DNA of 64,000 nt from Eledone cirrhosa. Its lineage: Eukaryota. Made by a program: the position numbers and the translations under genes. The DNA lies in assembly GCA_964016885.1 (NCBI GenBank), contig OZ024751.1, positions 48,112,001 through 48,176,000 on the forward strand, given 5' to 3'. This document shows, in pieces, positions 39,701-51,030 of the stretch. The notes beneath the pieces are model-generated. The model saw only the letters and a list, made by a program, of their open reading frames with translations. It was not told the origin of the DNA and did no database searches. Each line of letters begins with the position of its first letter. The stretch's first letter is position 1.

Positions 39701-42700
39701 CAGAAATGAATTGTACCTGTAATTCAAAGGGTCAACCTTGTCACATCTTGTGTCATGCTGAATCTCGTTGAGAACTATATTAAGGGTACACAGGTTTGTA
39801 GAGTTTTGGATTGTATATATGCAAAATACGGCACCCCCAGCCTATTTGAGATGTCAGTAGTTGTGGTTATGTCTAACCCTTGTTAGAGAATATGGATGTT
39901 AAATGATGATGATGGCTGTGATTGCAGTTTGATGATGAATATCCTCCCGTTTCATTGTAATTTCAATTTATTTCAGTTGAGGAAGCAACAGAGAACAAAA
40001 GCAGCTTTTCAGAATTATTTTGTTCAAAAACCTAAAAGTAAACCAGTCGGAAAGGTTTGTTCATGTTTTCTTCTTTAATAACAACTTTTTCAACAAAAAG
40101 AAACAAAAATTTTCCCCCGGCAGTTTATTTTGTTTGCTAATATTCTCTAAAATATGTAGCAACACAGTTGGGGATATACACACGTCTTCTGAAGTGTGAA
40201 GCCATTCCTTTGGTGCCATACACATCAAATCATCTTCTCTGAAGTGTTTAACCATTGTTGGTGCCATACACACCAGTTGCTGTATTGAAACTTTGAATTT
40301 AGCATCAAATTATTCTCTTTGGAGTGTGTAGCCACTCTGTAGGTGCCACACACATCAAATTATCTTCTCTGAAATGTGTTGCTACTCTGTTGTTACCACA
40401 CACATCAAAATTATTCTCTCTGAAATGTGTAGCCACTCTGTAGGTGCCACACACATCAAATTATCTTCTCTGATGTGTGTAACCACACAGTTGGTGCCAT
40501 ACACATAAAATTGTTCTTTCTAAATCATATAGCTATTGTGCTGGGGCCAAACACATCAAAGTGTGTAGCTACTCTGTTGGGGTCACACACATCAAAGTGT
40601 TGTCTCTGTAGTGTGTAGCTGCTCTGTTTAGGCCATACACACTATACCTTTCAATTTAACTTATAACACCCTGCCATAATATACCAGAAAATGTCTAAAG
40701 ACATGTTTGTTTATTAGGTGAACTTGGTACATTTTATTGTGACACCAACACTAAAGATAGCACACTCAATGTCACATACACATCAAGACTACAGAGTCCT
40801 CTCTGTTCTGTATAGTCTCTGTTTTATTGCCAACTACTTTACATAGTGTACTGGATGCATTCTCTCATGGCACCAACATAGTCTTGGGGTTTTAACCCTT
40901 TAGCATTTACATTACTCTATATATAGAATTGTATTTTTGTGGTAATGTCTTTATCTTACATAATATTGAATCTACGAGATTTTGATATTATTTATTTTGA
41001 GAACAATACCTTAATGTCAGTATCAGTGGCCAGTTACAGCTGGTTTGAACAGGAAGAGATGAGAGAATTCTGGCTGGAGATGGCCGGTTTAAATGCTAAA
41101 GTGTTAAACAGACCCTCTCTATTTCATATGGTCCCTAATCTCACACCATATTTAATTTTAGTGTCGTAGTATAGTATGACAAATTGCCAGTCAGCATCAT
41201 TGCCATTTATAATTATTTGATTTATTTAACAGCCCAAGGAACATTCTGGTATGTTTATGCCATTTGAAGTGAAGAAAGACATGCGGATGGCACCGGGTGA
41301 AAGATGGTCACTTTCCAAAGAGTGTCTGGACAAGCTGGATGAGATTATGACGAGACAGGTTTGGTTTCTACACATTTCTCCAGTAGCTTGTTGCTATGTA
41401 TATTTATATATGAGTGTATTTGTGTATGTATGTATATATTTATGTGTGTGTATTCGTGCATGTGCAAATGTTTGCGTATATATGGTAAAATGGACGTAAA
41501 ACGGTGGTGATGATGATTATATATATATAATCAAACAAGATAAGAATAAAATCTTTACTTTGTCTCCACTGCAGTTTCATTGAGAAAAATAACAATACTT
41601 GCAATATATTCTCTTGTAGGACCATCAATGTTTATATCATGCTGAACTGAAAAAAAGGTGTTTCAAACCCAGAAAATCTGGCAAGACTTGGCCAAGGTTA
41701 GTCATTGCAGTGTCTACTGTAGTTGTTGTCATTATCATCACCTACCACCATCATCACCATCACCATCATTGCCATCATCATCAGCATCAAGAACTAAGAT
41801 TTAATGATGTTCACAAGATAAATTTCTATGATTATTGTTATAATTGCTGTTATTTCTCAGTTCAAATCCTGCCGAGATGATCTTTATCTTTCATCTTTTC
41901 AGGGTTAATGAAATAAAGCACCAGTAATGCACTGGGGTCGATTTAATCAACTTTTCCCTCCCACCCCCCAAAAATTGGTGGTCTTGTGCCCGAATCAGAA
42001 ATCATTATTATTACGGCCCTTTATGATCTGAGTTCAAATCCTGCCGAGGTTAACTTTGCCTTTCATCCTTATGGGGTCGATAAAATAAAGTACCAGTAAT
42101 GTACTGGATAATTGCTGGCCTTGTGCCAAAAGTAGAAACAATTATTATTAGCCCAGCCCACACTGTAAAGTGTTTGTGTAGGTGTCAAGGAAAAAAGCAC
42201 TCAGTCTACACTGTAAATGAGGTTGGCACTAGGAAGGGCATCCAGCTGTAGAAACCAAGCCCAAATCGGTTCTGGATGAGCATGACATGGTCACCTGACC
42301 TAGCATTGCTCATAACAGTCTACCCATGCTAGCATAGAAACATGGATATTAAATGATGATGATGATGATGATGATGATCTATTAATGCAGTTGTTGTGTG
42401 AAAATTATTAACATATCTTCCATTAATGCAATTCTTGTTGTGTGTAAACAGGAAAGGTGAACAGAGCGACGATGATATCTGCTTTGATGATGTTGTCAAG
42501 GTCACTTACCATGTCAAACTGTTGCAGTTCCACACCAATTATCGTCCTCCATACTACGGAACATGGAGAAAATCCAGCAATGTCTTGTCTGCAAAATATC
42601 CGTGGAAGAAAGATACGGTATGTTGCTATTGTTGTTGTTGTTCTAATTGCTGTATGTTTTGTTGTTGTAGTTCTAATTTAATTTTTAGTGTTGTAGGTTT

Positions 42701-45700
42701 TGATGTAGTTGTAGAAATTGTAGGTTTTGAGTTTTGCTTGACGAGGCTGGGGACATCCTAAGCCAGAGATTCCAGAGCATTGTTGTGCATGGAGCCGACA
42801 GGGTTTTGATGTAGTTGTAGTAATTATTGTTGTTCTTGTAGGTTTTGATGTAGTTGTAGTAATTGTTGTTGTAACTGTTGTTGTAGCTGTAGGTTTTGTT
42901 GGTTTTGTGGTTGTATTTTGTGTTTCTTTTATGTTTAAGCCCAGCCCTAATATCTTATGTTTGTATTTTTCAGGCATTGTTTGATTATGATGTTGATAGT
43001 GATGATGAATGGGAAGAAGAGGAACCAGGAGAGAGTTTGTCCTCATCAGAGGTGAGTTGTTGTTTTAATGGACTTTTGTATGTTATCTGCTCTATATATA
43101 AACTATGTTATCTGCTGTATATTGTGTTATATATATACACACTGTATATTATCTACTGTATATACAAACTATGTTATCTGCTGTATATACAAATATACAA
43201 ACTGTATGTTATCTGCTGTATATACAAACTGTATGTTATCTACAAAGTTTTATTTTGCAATCCAGAAGTTTGGGGTTTGGTCTTACCTCATGTTCATTTT
43301 TATTTTTTAACCCTTTAACATTTATATTACTCTATATATATACTATTGTATTTTCTCAGTAAATACTTTATCTCACATAATTATTTCACATAATATCGAA
43401 TCTATGGTATTTTGTTATTATGACATTTATTTTGAGAACACTACCTTAATGTCAGTATGAGGGGCTGATTATGGCTAGTTTGAACAGAAAAAGGTGAGAG
43501 GATTCTGGACGGTTATGCCCGGTTTAAATGCTAAAGGGTCAAATGTCCTCCATGATTTATTATATTAATTTATTTGGATGAATTTTATTTGTTCTGTTTT
43601 TCAATTTCTGATATTTTTCCCTAGGAAGAGGAAGAGAAAGATGAGAAAGATGATGATGAAGATGAAGAAGATGGTTGGATGGTTCCACATGGTTATTTGT
43701 CTGAAGGAGAAGGCTGTGTTGAAGACGATGAGGTTAGTTGGTGTCTGTCTGTCCATCTGCCTTTCTAATTCCTGCCTCCCCCCTGTCCTCTCTTCCTATC
43801 CACTCCTTATTTATTAATATCTACAATAAATGCGATTACTCTAGTAAAGATATTATAAACATTTGAATTAACAAATTTGTTCTTAGATATATTTTCTGCT
43901 GAATCATTATCATTTATCAATTTCTTTCTAGGGTATATGTTAACTGCTGTTTAACCCTTTAACCTGGCTTTCTCATTTATCAATTTAATAGCAGGTAACC
44001 CCTGAAATACTGAAGGCTCGCCAGGCTGCCAAAGCTGAAACATGGGAAAGACAAAGGAACCAACAAGGCTTGCCCCACAAACCAGAATACATTGGTTGTA
44101 TATGGGATGGATCTGTGAAAGATAATGTTATTGCTGATATATTTAATGAATATAAGGTTTGTATCAATACTTCTGTGTGTGTATATGTATACATAGGTGG
44201 AAAGAGAGAGAGGTCTCTTTATTTGTGTTAAGGACATGACAATCTCCCTCCCTAGTGTTGGTGCCATGATAAAATGCACCCTGTACTCACTGTAAAATGG
44301 TTGATGATAGCTAGGTCATCCAACCATAGAAATCTTGCTAAACAAAGTGTTGGGAGGACCCTCAGTTATGTCAAAGACATGACAACCTCTCCTGAGCACT
44401 CAGTAGAAATTGAGACAGATTCCTGGCCTGCCTGGGAGATCAGTGGCTCCATTTCAATACGGACATGGTCTGTATGGACCCATCCAACCCTTGCTAGCAG
44501 AAAAAGTGGATGTTAAAACGACGACGATGTTATATATATATACACATATATATCTCTATACACATACACAATCTGTCAGTTGGTCAGTTTTGTGCCATGA
44601 TAAAAAATCACCCAGTCCACACTGTAGATGTGATTGGCGTTAGGAAGAGCATCCAGCTGTAGAATCACTGTAAACACTTTATCTCATATAATATTGAATC
44701 TTCAAGATTTTGATATTATCTGTTTTGAGAACGATACCTTAACCCTTTAATGTTCAAACCAGCCAAAATTCTCTACCTTTTTCTGTTGAAACTGGCTGTA
44801 ACTGGTCACTCAAACTGATGTTAAGGTATTGTTCTCAAAATAAATATTTTCAAAATCTCAGATTCGATATTATGTGAGATAAAACATTTACCATGAAAAT
44901 ATAATAGTATATATAGAGTAATGTGAATGCTTTAACATAAATATGAGCAGCCGGTTTGAACAGAAATAGGTGAGAGAATTCTGACCAATTTAAATGCTAA
45001 AGAGGTAAAGTGGATTTAATCTGTTCACTTCAACACCACCATATGGCCCTTGGATGTATATAACAGAGTCTGTAATGGAATCGATATAATTAACTAAATC
45101 TATTGAAGGTGATTGCTCTAGCATGCTCGTAGTCTTCTGAAATGTGAGACCTGAGAAAGACAAATGTATGAAATGTTTCTGCTATCTGTTGTTTATAGGT
45201 GACGGTCATAAACGGAGAGATTCCAGTGACGACATCCCATAATAGGGCACCAAAAGATGTGGAAACGAATGAAAGCAAATCTGGAAATAATTTCAAGAAA
45301 CGTATTGTTCCTGAAGAAGGTTTGTATATATTTATGTGTATATATGTATGTATAGATATGTGTCTGTACTTATATATAAATATAAAAAAACGTGTATATA
45401 TGTGAAGGTATATGGCTTTGTGGTTAGGGAATTTGCCTCACAATCGTAAGGTTGTGAGTTTAATTCTAAGCAGTACATTACTCTTGAACAAGACACTTCT
45501 TTTTCATGTTGATCCAGTCGACAAGCTAAAGATGGGGGGGGGGTGAGAGGATAGGGAAATGGCAAAGCTTGTCATTATGCCTGCAAGACAAACTCTTGTC
45601 TTAGTTGGGAAGTTTTCTTTATAATGTTTGTTGATGAGAGTGACGAATGTTTACAAAAGTGATGATAATAATTGTTGTTTATATTGCAGCTCACCCAGAT

Positions 45701-47173
45701 TTGATCAGGTTCGTCCATGGAAGTCGTACTGGAATAAAGAAACTGGTTGTTGAATTCCACTCATATTGGAATATGAAACAAACTGCTAATTTAGTTGCCA
45801 AAACAGCCCAGGAGGAAACGAAGATGGAGGCAGGCAATGATAGCACTCCGACCACGCCAGCTTCAAAAACTGAACCCAGTAAACAAATGAGCCCTACTCC
45901 AAACACGTCCATAAACGAACCAGATGCTCCAGAAGAGAACTCTATGATTTCTAAACGGCAGCTGGAGAAGAGGATAATGACTATCGCTATGAGAGAAAAG
46001 AGGTCTGAATACTCCAAGATCTGCTGGTATGTCCACAAAGATATTCTCAAACAATATGGCCTGGAAGATTTGCCGCTAAAGGATAAAGCTGCTGAGTTGA
46101 AAGCTCAAGAAGAACTTTTGGCTGCAATTGCCCTATCAACGTCGTCTGTAAAGAATTCTCAGCAGATGTTACCGACGACACTTGAAGCGAAAACGCCAAA
46201 TAAGTCTAACACCAACGAAAAACCATCCAGCCGTCCTGCACCCAGTGACCAAATGTCCATCCTCAGCTTTGCCCAGGCGTCTGACAAGTTAAATTCCGTC
46301 CGAACTGTCTCTGTGGCTGACTGTGTCACCAGCAGCAGTATCAGCAACAACAACAACAACAACAGTGGTGACAATGTCACAATGAATGATGCCAAAGATA
46401 TCAAATCACCAGCTAAGAAGCTTTTACCTCGTGACCAAATGTCTATCTTGAATTTCACAAAGGCAGCTCCACTGAATCCAGAGAAAACAGCTCCACAGAG
46501 CAGAGTAAAAACCACTCCACAGAATAGTGAGAAGTCTGTATCTCTGAAGCAAGCTGACAGTAGTTGTGTCATTGTGTTAAATGAAAACTCTGCTGATTCT
46601 ACTGGCTTTGAAATGAAGGCAAGCAGTGATTGTAAGAGTATGGAAAAGAAGGCAAGAAGTGATTGTAAGACTAGTGAAATAGATGCAAGAGATGATTGTG
46701 ACAGCAATAGTGAGGTAAAGCCTAGAAGCAGCTGTGACAGTAACATTATGAAACCAAGTGTCATTTCTGACAATAGCGATGATGTGACACCGAGTATCCC
46801 TTGCAAGGGCAACAATATGAAACCAAGCAATGGCTGTGACAGTAACAAAGTGACTCCAAATCTTGGCTGTGACAGTAATGAAGTCACAGCAAATGTTAGC
46901 TGTGACAGTAATGAAGTCACAGCAAATGTTAGCTGTGACAGTAACGATGTCACACCAAGTAGTACCTGTGAAGGTAAGGAGAGAAAAGCTGAATGCATCG
47001 CTGGAAAGGCAGTGGAAGGGAAGAAAGACACGGATGACAAAATGAGCCCCGATTCTGAGATATCAGCAAAACCACAGATTGAAACACATCCACCCACTTC
47101 CATATCATCTTCTTGTCCTCAAGATTGTAGTTCAACTGATGTAGAGATGGTTGAGGAAACAAAGAAGCACTGA
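31900..47173 (+). CDS. CHAF1A: Chromatin assembly factor 1 subunit A (CAF-1 p150), complete 15-exon model, about 1307 aa
   Basis: Exons 31900-32005, 34693-34749, 35366-36378, 37211-37333, 38272-38414, 39452-39533, 39977-40054, 41233-41358, 41620-41696, 42452-42617, 42974-43051, 43625-43732, 43995-44156, 45199-45319, 45690-47173. All introns are GT-AG with consistent phases; total 3924 nt. Motifs: PIP1 KKLTQALLSFK, SIM-like FIDLT, KER helix, KAAFQNYFVQKPK, FMPFEVKKDMRMAP, KLLQFHTNYRPPYYGTW, DYDVDSDDEWEEEEPGESL, DGWMVPHGYLSEGEG, winged-helix region (LIRFVHG...SKRQLEKRI...WYVH). Confidence 0.95.
34693..34749 (+). CDS. CHAF1A: CHAF1A exon 2 (first half of PIP1 box)
   Basis: tttttttcag|ATAAA...ACACAAG|gtaatt; KLSSKLKPNMASKKKLTQ joins ALLSFK of exon 3. 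Confidence 0.88.
35106..35303. mobile_element. piggyBac-like MITE (TTAA-CCCTTTAGCATT...AATGCTAAAGGG-TTAA); about 10 loci between 34.4 and 54.8 kb
   Basis: TTAA target sites, CCC...GGG TIRs; other copies at about 34449, 37378, 38550 (tandem), 40891, 43307, 44740, 48379, 50600, 54300. Confidence 0.8.
35366..36378 (+). CDS. CHAF1A: CHAF1A exon 3 (disordered N-terminal region)
   Basis: Core of ORF 35353-36444; tacag acceptor, AAG|gtaagt donor; contains TLDKFF and GFIDLT. Confidence 0.92.
36697..36732 (+). ncRNA. Ultra-minimal hammerhead motif (family E) in CHAF1A intron 3, sense strand; degenerate relative at 63836-63870
   Basis: TCTT-CTGATGA-TGGA ctagtt TCC-GAAACGTT^AAGA (palindromic AACGTT). 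Confidence 0.5.
37211..39533 (+). CDS. CHAF1A: CHAF1A exons 4-6 (KER helix): 37211-37333, 38272-38414, 39452-39533
   Basis: K/E/R-rich open frames with canonical splice sites and matching phases (0, 2, 0). Confidence 0.9.
38466..39283. mobile_element. hAT-type MITE with nested piggyBac-like MITEs
   Basis: TIRs CAGAGGTCCCCAAC / GTTGGAGACCACTG; perfect 8-bp TSD GCTTAGAT at 38458-38465 and 39284-39291. Confidence 0.85.
39977..41696 (+). CDS. CHAF1A: CHAF1A exons 7-9: 39977-40054, 41233-41358, 41620-41696
   Basis: KAAFQNYFVQKPK (PIP2-like), FMPFEVKKDMRMAP, KPRKSGKTWP. Confidence 0.9.
40170..40640. repeat. Degenerate tandem repeat of about 50 bp in CHAF1A intron 7
   Basis: Recurrent GTAGCCACTCTGTAGGTGCCACACACATCAAATTATCTTCTCTG variants. 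Confidence 0.75.
42150..42378 (+). mobile_element. SINE-like repeat with AGGAAGGGCATCCAGC core and (TGA)n tail; copies at about 34100-34450, 36950-37110, 44240-44530, 50340-50582, 53930-54240, 55530-55685(-), 56515-56670(-)
   Basis: Recurrent core plus AACCCATGCTAGCATGG...GTTAAATGATGATG tail. Confidence 0.7.
42452..43732 (+). CDS. CHAF1A: CHAF1A exons 10-12 (conserved CAF1A / acidic ED domain): 42452-42617, 42974-43051, 43625-43732
   Basis: KLLQFHTNYRPPYYGTWRK; FDYDVDSDDEWEEEEPGESL; DGWMVPHGYLSEGEG. Confidence 0.96.
43995..45319 (+). CDS. CHAF1A: CHAF1A exons 13-14: 43995-44156, 45199-45319
   Basis: LKARQAAKAETWE...IGCIW; in-phase splice sites; exon 13 has a TAGCAG tandem acceptor. Confidence 0.88.
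45690..47173 (+). CDS. CHAF1A: CHAF1A last exon (winged-helix region plus long low-complexity tail)
   Basis: ttgcag acceptor, phase 1; part of ORF 45647-47173; ends TGA. Confidence 0.93.
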
Positions 47174-48209
47174 GTGAAAAAGAAAAAAAACACCCATTAC
47201 ACAATACTATATAATTATATATATTTAAAATTAATATTTAAATTTGAATTAAGAAAAAACAAAAATGTGACATGAAAGCAAAACACAACACAAACAACAG
47301 TAGGGAACAGAACACGAAATGTCCCAATCCACTTTTCATTTATTACCTCAAATCAACTTGTAAATAAATATAAAAACATTTCTAGGGGTGGAACTTTTAA
47401 AACATTTTTCTTGTGGAGATGGGCTTTATGGATTTTTGGTGAAAGATTGTGTGTGTGTGTGCAAAGGGACCACATACTGCATTTGTGGATTATATTTTAT
47501 TATTTCAACAAAATGGGCAGCGTTAGACACCATACTTTGCAACATAGCGTTACAGCCTCTTACGTTCAAATCTTGCCAGGGTTAACTTTGCCTTTCATCT
47601 TTACCTGGTCGATAAAATAAAGTACCAGTAATGCACTGGGGTAATTGCTGGCCTTGTGCCAAAAGTAGAAACAATTATTTCAACAAAAGGATAATAATAA
47701 TAATAATAGTGTGTATAATCCTATAATTCTTAAACGCTTGTGAATAAAGTTAGTAGTTTATGCATAAGGATCACAAAACCCTTGTTTGTGTTTTATGTTC
47801 TTATGTAGTGTTTGTGTTAGGCACAGAGGTTTGTGTAAATCACCTGTATGTGAGTGTGTGTGGTGTATTACCCACCTTATTTTAACATTTTGTTGATCAG
47901 AATTCAGTGTTGTACAATCAGCAGAGACCAATGTTGGAAAGACACACCTCTCTGTGCAAACATACGCACACATATATTTTACTACTCACTGTTGTTTGGA
48001 TTTTGCGGAACTAGTAGTTTCAGTGGTGTCTGATGAAGGTACACATCTTCCATATAGTTGAAGTTGTGTGTCCCAGCTCTAAAACCTAATCATCATTCAG
48101 TTAAAACCATGTATTAAAATATGCAACTTACAACTATGTATACATATAGAGGAATCATTCTTCCATAATATTAAATCACACTCAAATGACAACTATATAT
48201 ATACACATA

Positions 48210-48245
<36 letters not shown>

Positions 48246-48789
48246 CATACACATGAACCTAAAAGCTATTGAAGAATTTATTTTTATGAATCCAAAATTT
48301 AAATTTTTAATTTTCAGAAAATAAATTAATAAAATAAAAGCTTTAAAAAAAATATAAAGTTAAAGTCATTCTTCTTTTTTAACCCTTTAGCATTCATATT
48401 ACTCTCTATATACTATTATATTTTTATGGTAAAGGCTTTACCTCACATAATATCGAATCTATGAGATTTCGAAAGTATTTATTTTGAGAACAATACCTTA
48501 ACATCAGTTTGAGCGACCAGTTACAGCCAGTTTCAACAGAAAGAGTTAGAGAATTTTGGCCAGTTTGAACATTAAAGGGTTAAAGAATAGGACACATACC
48601 ATTAAAACATTGACCACAGTATCTGGGTCATAAGTTCAAACTTTACTATTGCTGCCACCACAATAAATGTGTTATCTGTCAAAGTGGTTCATTTGAGGGT
48701 GGACATGGGTCTCCTCAGACTGCGGCATTTTACATGAAGGGGTGGGAGCTCCTGTTAGAGTTAGTCATTTAGATGGGCTTGGCCATCGG

Positions 48790-50300
48790 GTATAGCTGCC
48801 GAGATGCTGAAGGCATCTGGGTCGGTAGGTCACACCATAACCACACGTATTGTTAACCAGGTAATACTAGGTGTCATACCAAAGGATTGGTGCAGTAGCA
48901 TCATTGTCAACTGCTACAAAGGTAAAGGTGATGCACTAGATAGAGGTATAAAGCTGATGGACCAGGTCATGAAAGTAACAGAAAGAGTTATAGCACAGTT
49001 GATAAGGGACTGGGTGAAACTAGATGAGATGCAATTTGGGTTTGTGCCAGGAAGAGGCACCACTGATGCCCTCTTCCTTGTGAGGCAGTTACAGGAAAAG
49101 TACCTAGCTAGAAGTAAGCCGCTCTATCTGGCATTCATCAATCTTGAGAAAGCCTTTGACAAGAATTCCCCGTGCTATAATCTGGTGGGCTCTTAGAAAA
49201 CTAGGAGTAGATGAATGGCTTGTGAAAGCTGTACAAGTCATGTATAGGGGAGCAATCAGCAAAATTAGGATTAGCAATGACTATAGCGAGGAATTTAGCG
49301 TACAGGTTGGTGTCCACCAGGGCTCTGTTCTTAGCCCTCGCCTGTTCATCATAGTTCTGCAGATAATAACAGGAGTTTAAGACCGGATGCCCATGGGAAC
49401 TCCTGTATGCAGATGACCTCGCACTTATAGCTGAATCTATGGTAGAACTAGAGAAGAAATTCCAAACTTGGAAGCAGGGACTAGAAAGAAAGTGTCCCAA
49501 AGTCAACCTGAGATAGACTAAGATCCTTGTATGTAGACAAGAAAACAGAACCCAGATCCCCTCAGGGTAATGGCTTTCTTCAGTATGTAGGAACTCCATT
49601 CTCTGCCCCAAATGCAAACAATGGGTACACAAGAGATGTAGCGGGATCTCAGGAAGCTTAACTAAGAATGTGGGCTTCACATGTAGCAGCTGTGCTGGGA
49701 CAGCAAACAGCCACAAGAAACAAATACCACCAAACTCTGGGAGGGCTCTAGAAACAGTAGACAGCTTCTGCTACCTAGATGACCGAATTAGCAGCGGAGG
49801 TGAGTGTTAGGAAAGTACAATCACTAGGGTAAGAATAGGATGGAAGAAGTCCAGGGAGCTACTGCCACTGCTAGCTGCAAAAGGCTTTTCCCTCAAAATG
49901 AAAGGCAGACTGATGCGTGTATATGAACAGCAATGTTACATGGTAGTGAGACCTGGGCGCTGTCTGTGGAAGACTTGCGTAGATTAGAAAGAAACGCAGC
50001 CTGCATGCTCTGATTGATGTGTAATATGTGAACAGCAAAGCATAAATGAATTGAGAGAGAGACAGCATAAGAGGAATCAAATGCTGTGTGCAGGAGAGGC
50101 AGTTGCGTTGGTATGGACATGTGATGCGTATGAAGGATGACAGCTGCATAAAAAGGTGCAGAGCATTAGAAGTCGATGGAAACCGCGGAGTGGGGAGACC
50201 CAAGAAGACGTGGGATGAGGTGATAAAAGCCGACCTTACCCAATTATACCTCTCAAAGGCAATGACACACGACCGTGACCTCTGGCGTCACACAGTAATA
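48790..50300 (+). mobile_element. 5'-truncated, decayed RTE-clade LINE (RT domain and C-terminus)
   Basis: IPKDWCSSIIVNCYKGKGDAL, MQFGFVPGRGTTDA, LEKAFD, GVHQGSVLSP, LLYADDLALIAES, LRWYGHVMRM, GRPKKTW; multiple frameshifts and stops. Confidence 0.9.
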
Positions 50301-50882
50301 TAGTAGACCCCCCCCCCCATGGGTACAAGCTGAAGCTGAAGCATATAGACAATATGCCCCCACACCCTCCCACTGCAAAGTGGTCGTGTAGGCGCCATGG
50401 AAAAAAAGCACCCAGCACTCACTGTAATGAGGTTAGGAAGGGCATCCACCTGTAGAAATCAAGCCAGAATCAGTTCCCGTATGAGCAAAACAAGGTCACC
50501 CGACCAGACACTACCCACAACAGGACAACCTGTCTAACCCATGCTAGCATGGAAGAACGGACGTAAAACGGTGATGATGATGTCTCCTGTTAATGTGTCA
50601 TTGAAACCAGCCAGAACTCTCTCATCTCTTTCTGTTCAAACCGCTGTAACTGGTTACTCATACTGATGTTAAGGTATTGTTCTCAGGGTAAATAAGATCA
50701 AAACCTCATAGATTCGATATTGTGTGAGATAATTATGTAAGATAAAGCATTTATCACTAAAATACAATAGTATATAGAGAGTAATGTAAATGTTAAACGG
50801 GTAATTTAACAGCATATATGAAAACAATAAGAAAAAAAATTCTCCAAATAAAACTTTTTTTACAAAAAATTATTTTATTTCT

Positions 50883-51030
50883 TCATAAAACTGTGTGAGA
50901 GTCAAAATATTTGTAAGCTTTAAAGTTTCCGATTTTCTTTCCATTGTTATCATAATGTATCGATCGGAAACACACCTGACAGTAAAATGATGGGTCTTCT
51001 AAGGAGTTCACACTTCCCTCGGTCATCCAC
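50883..51030 (-). CDS. SNAPC3: SNAPC3 last exon
   Basis: [43 protein letters not shown]...TGA; AATAAA immediately downstream on the minus strand. Confidence 0.95.

Noticed and set aside
46159-47103. 314-aa antisense ORF
   Set aside because: Shadow of the CHAF1A last exon
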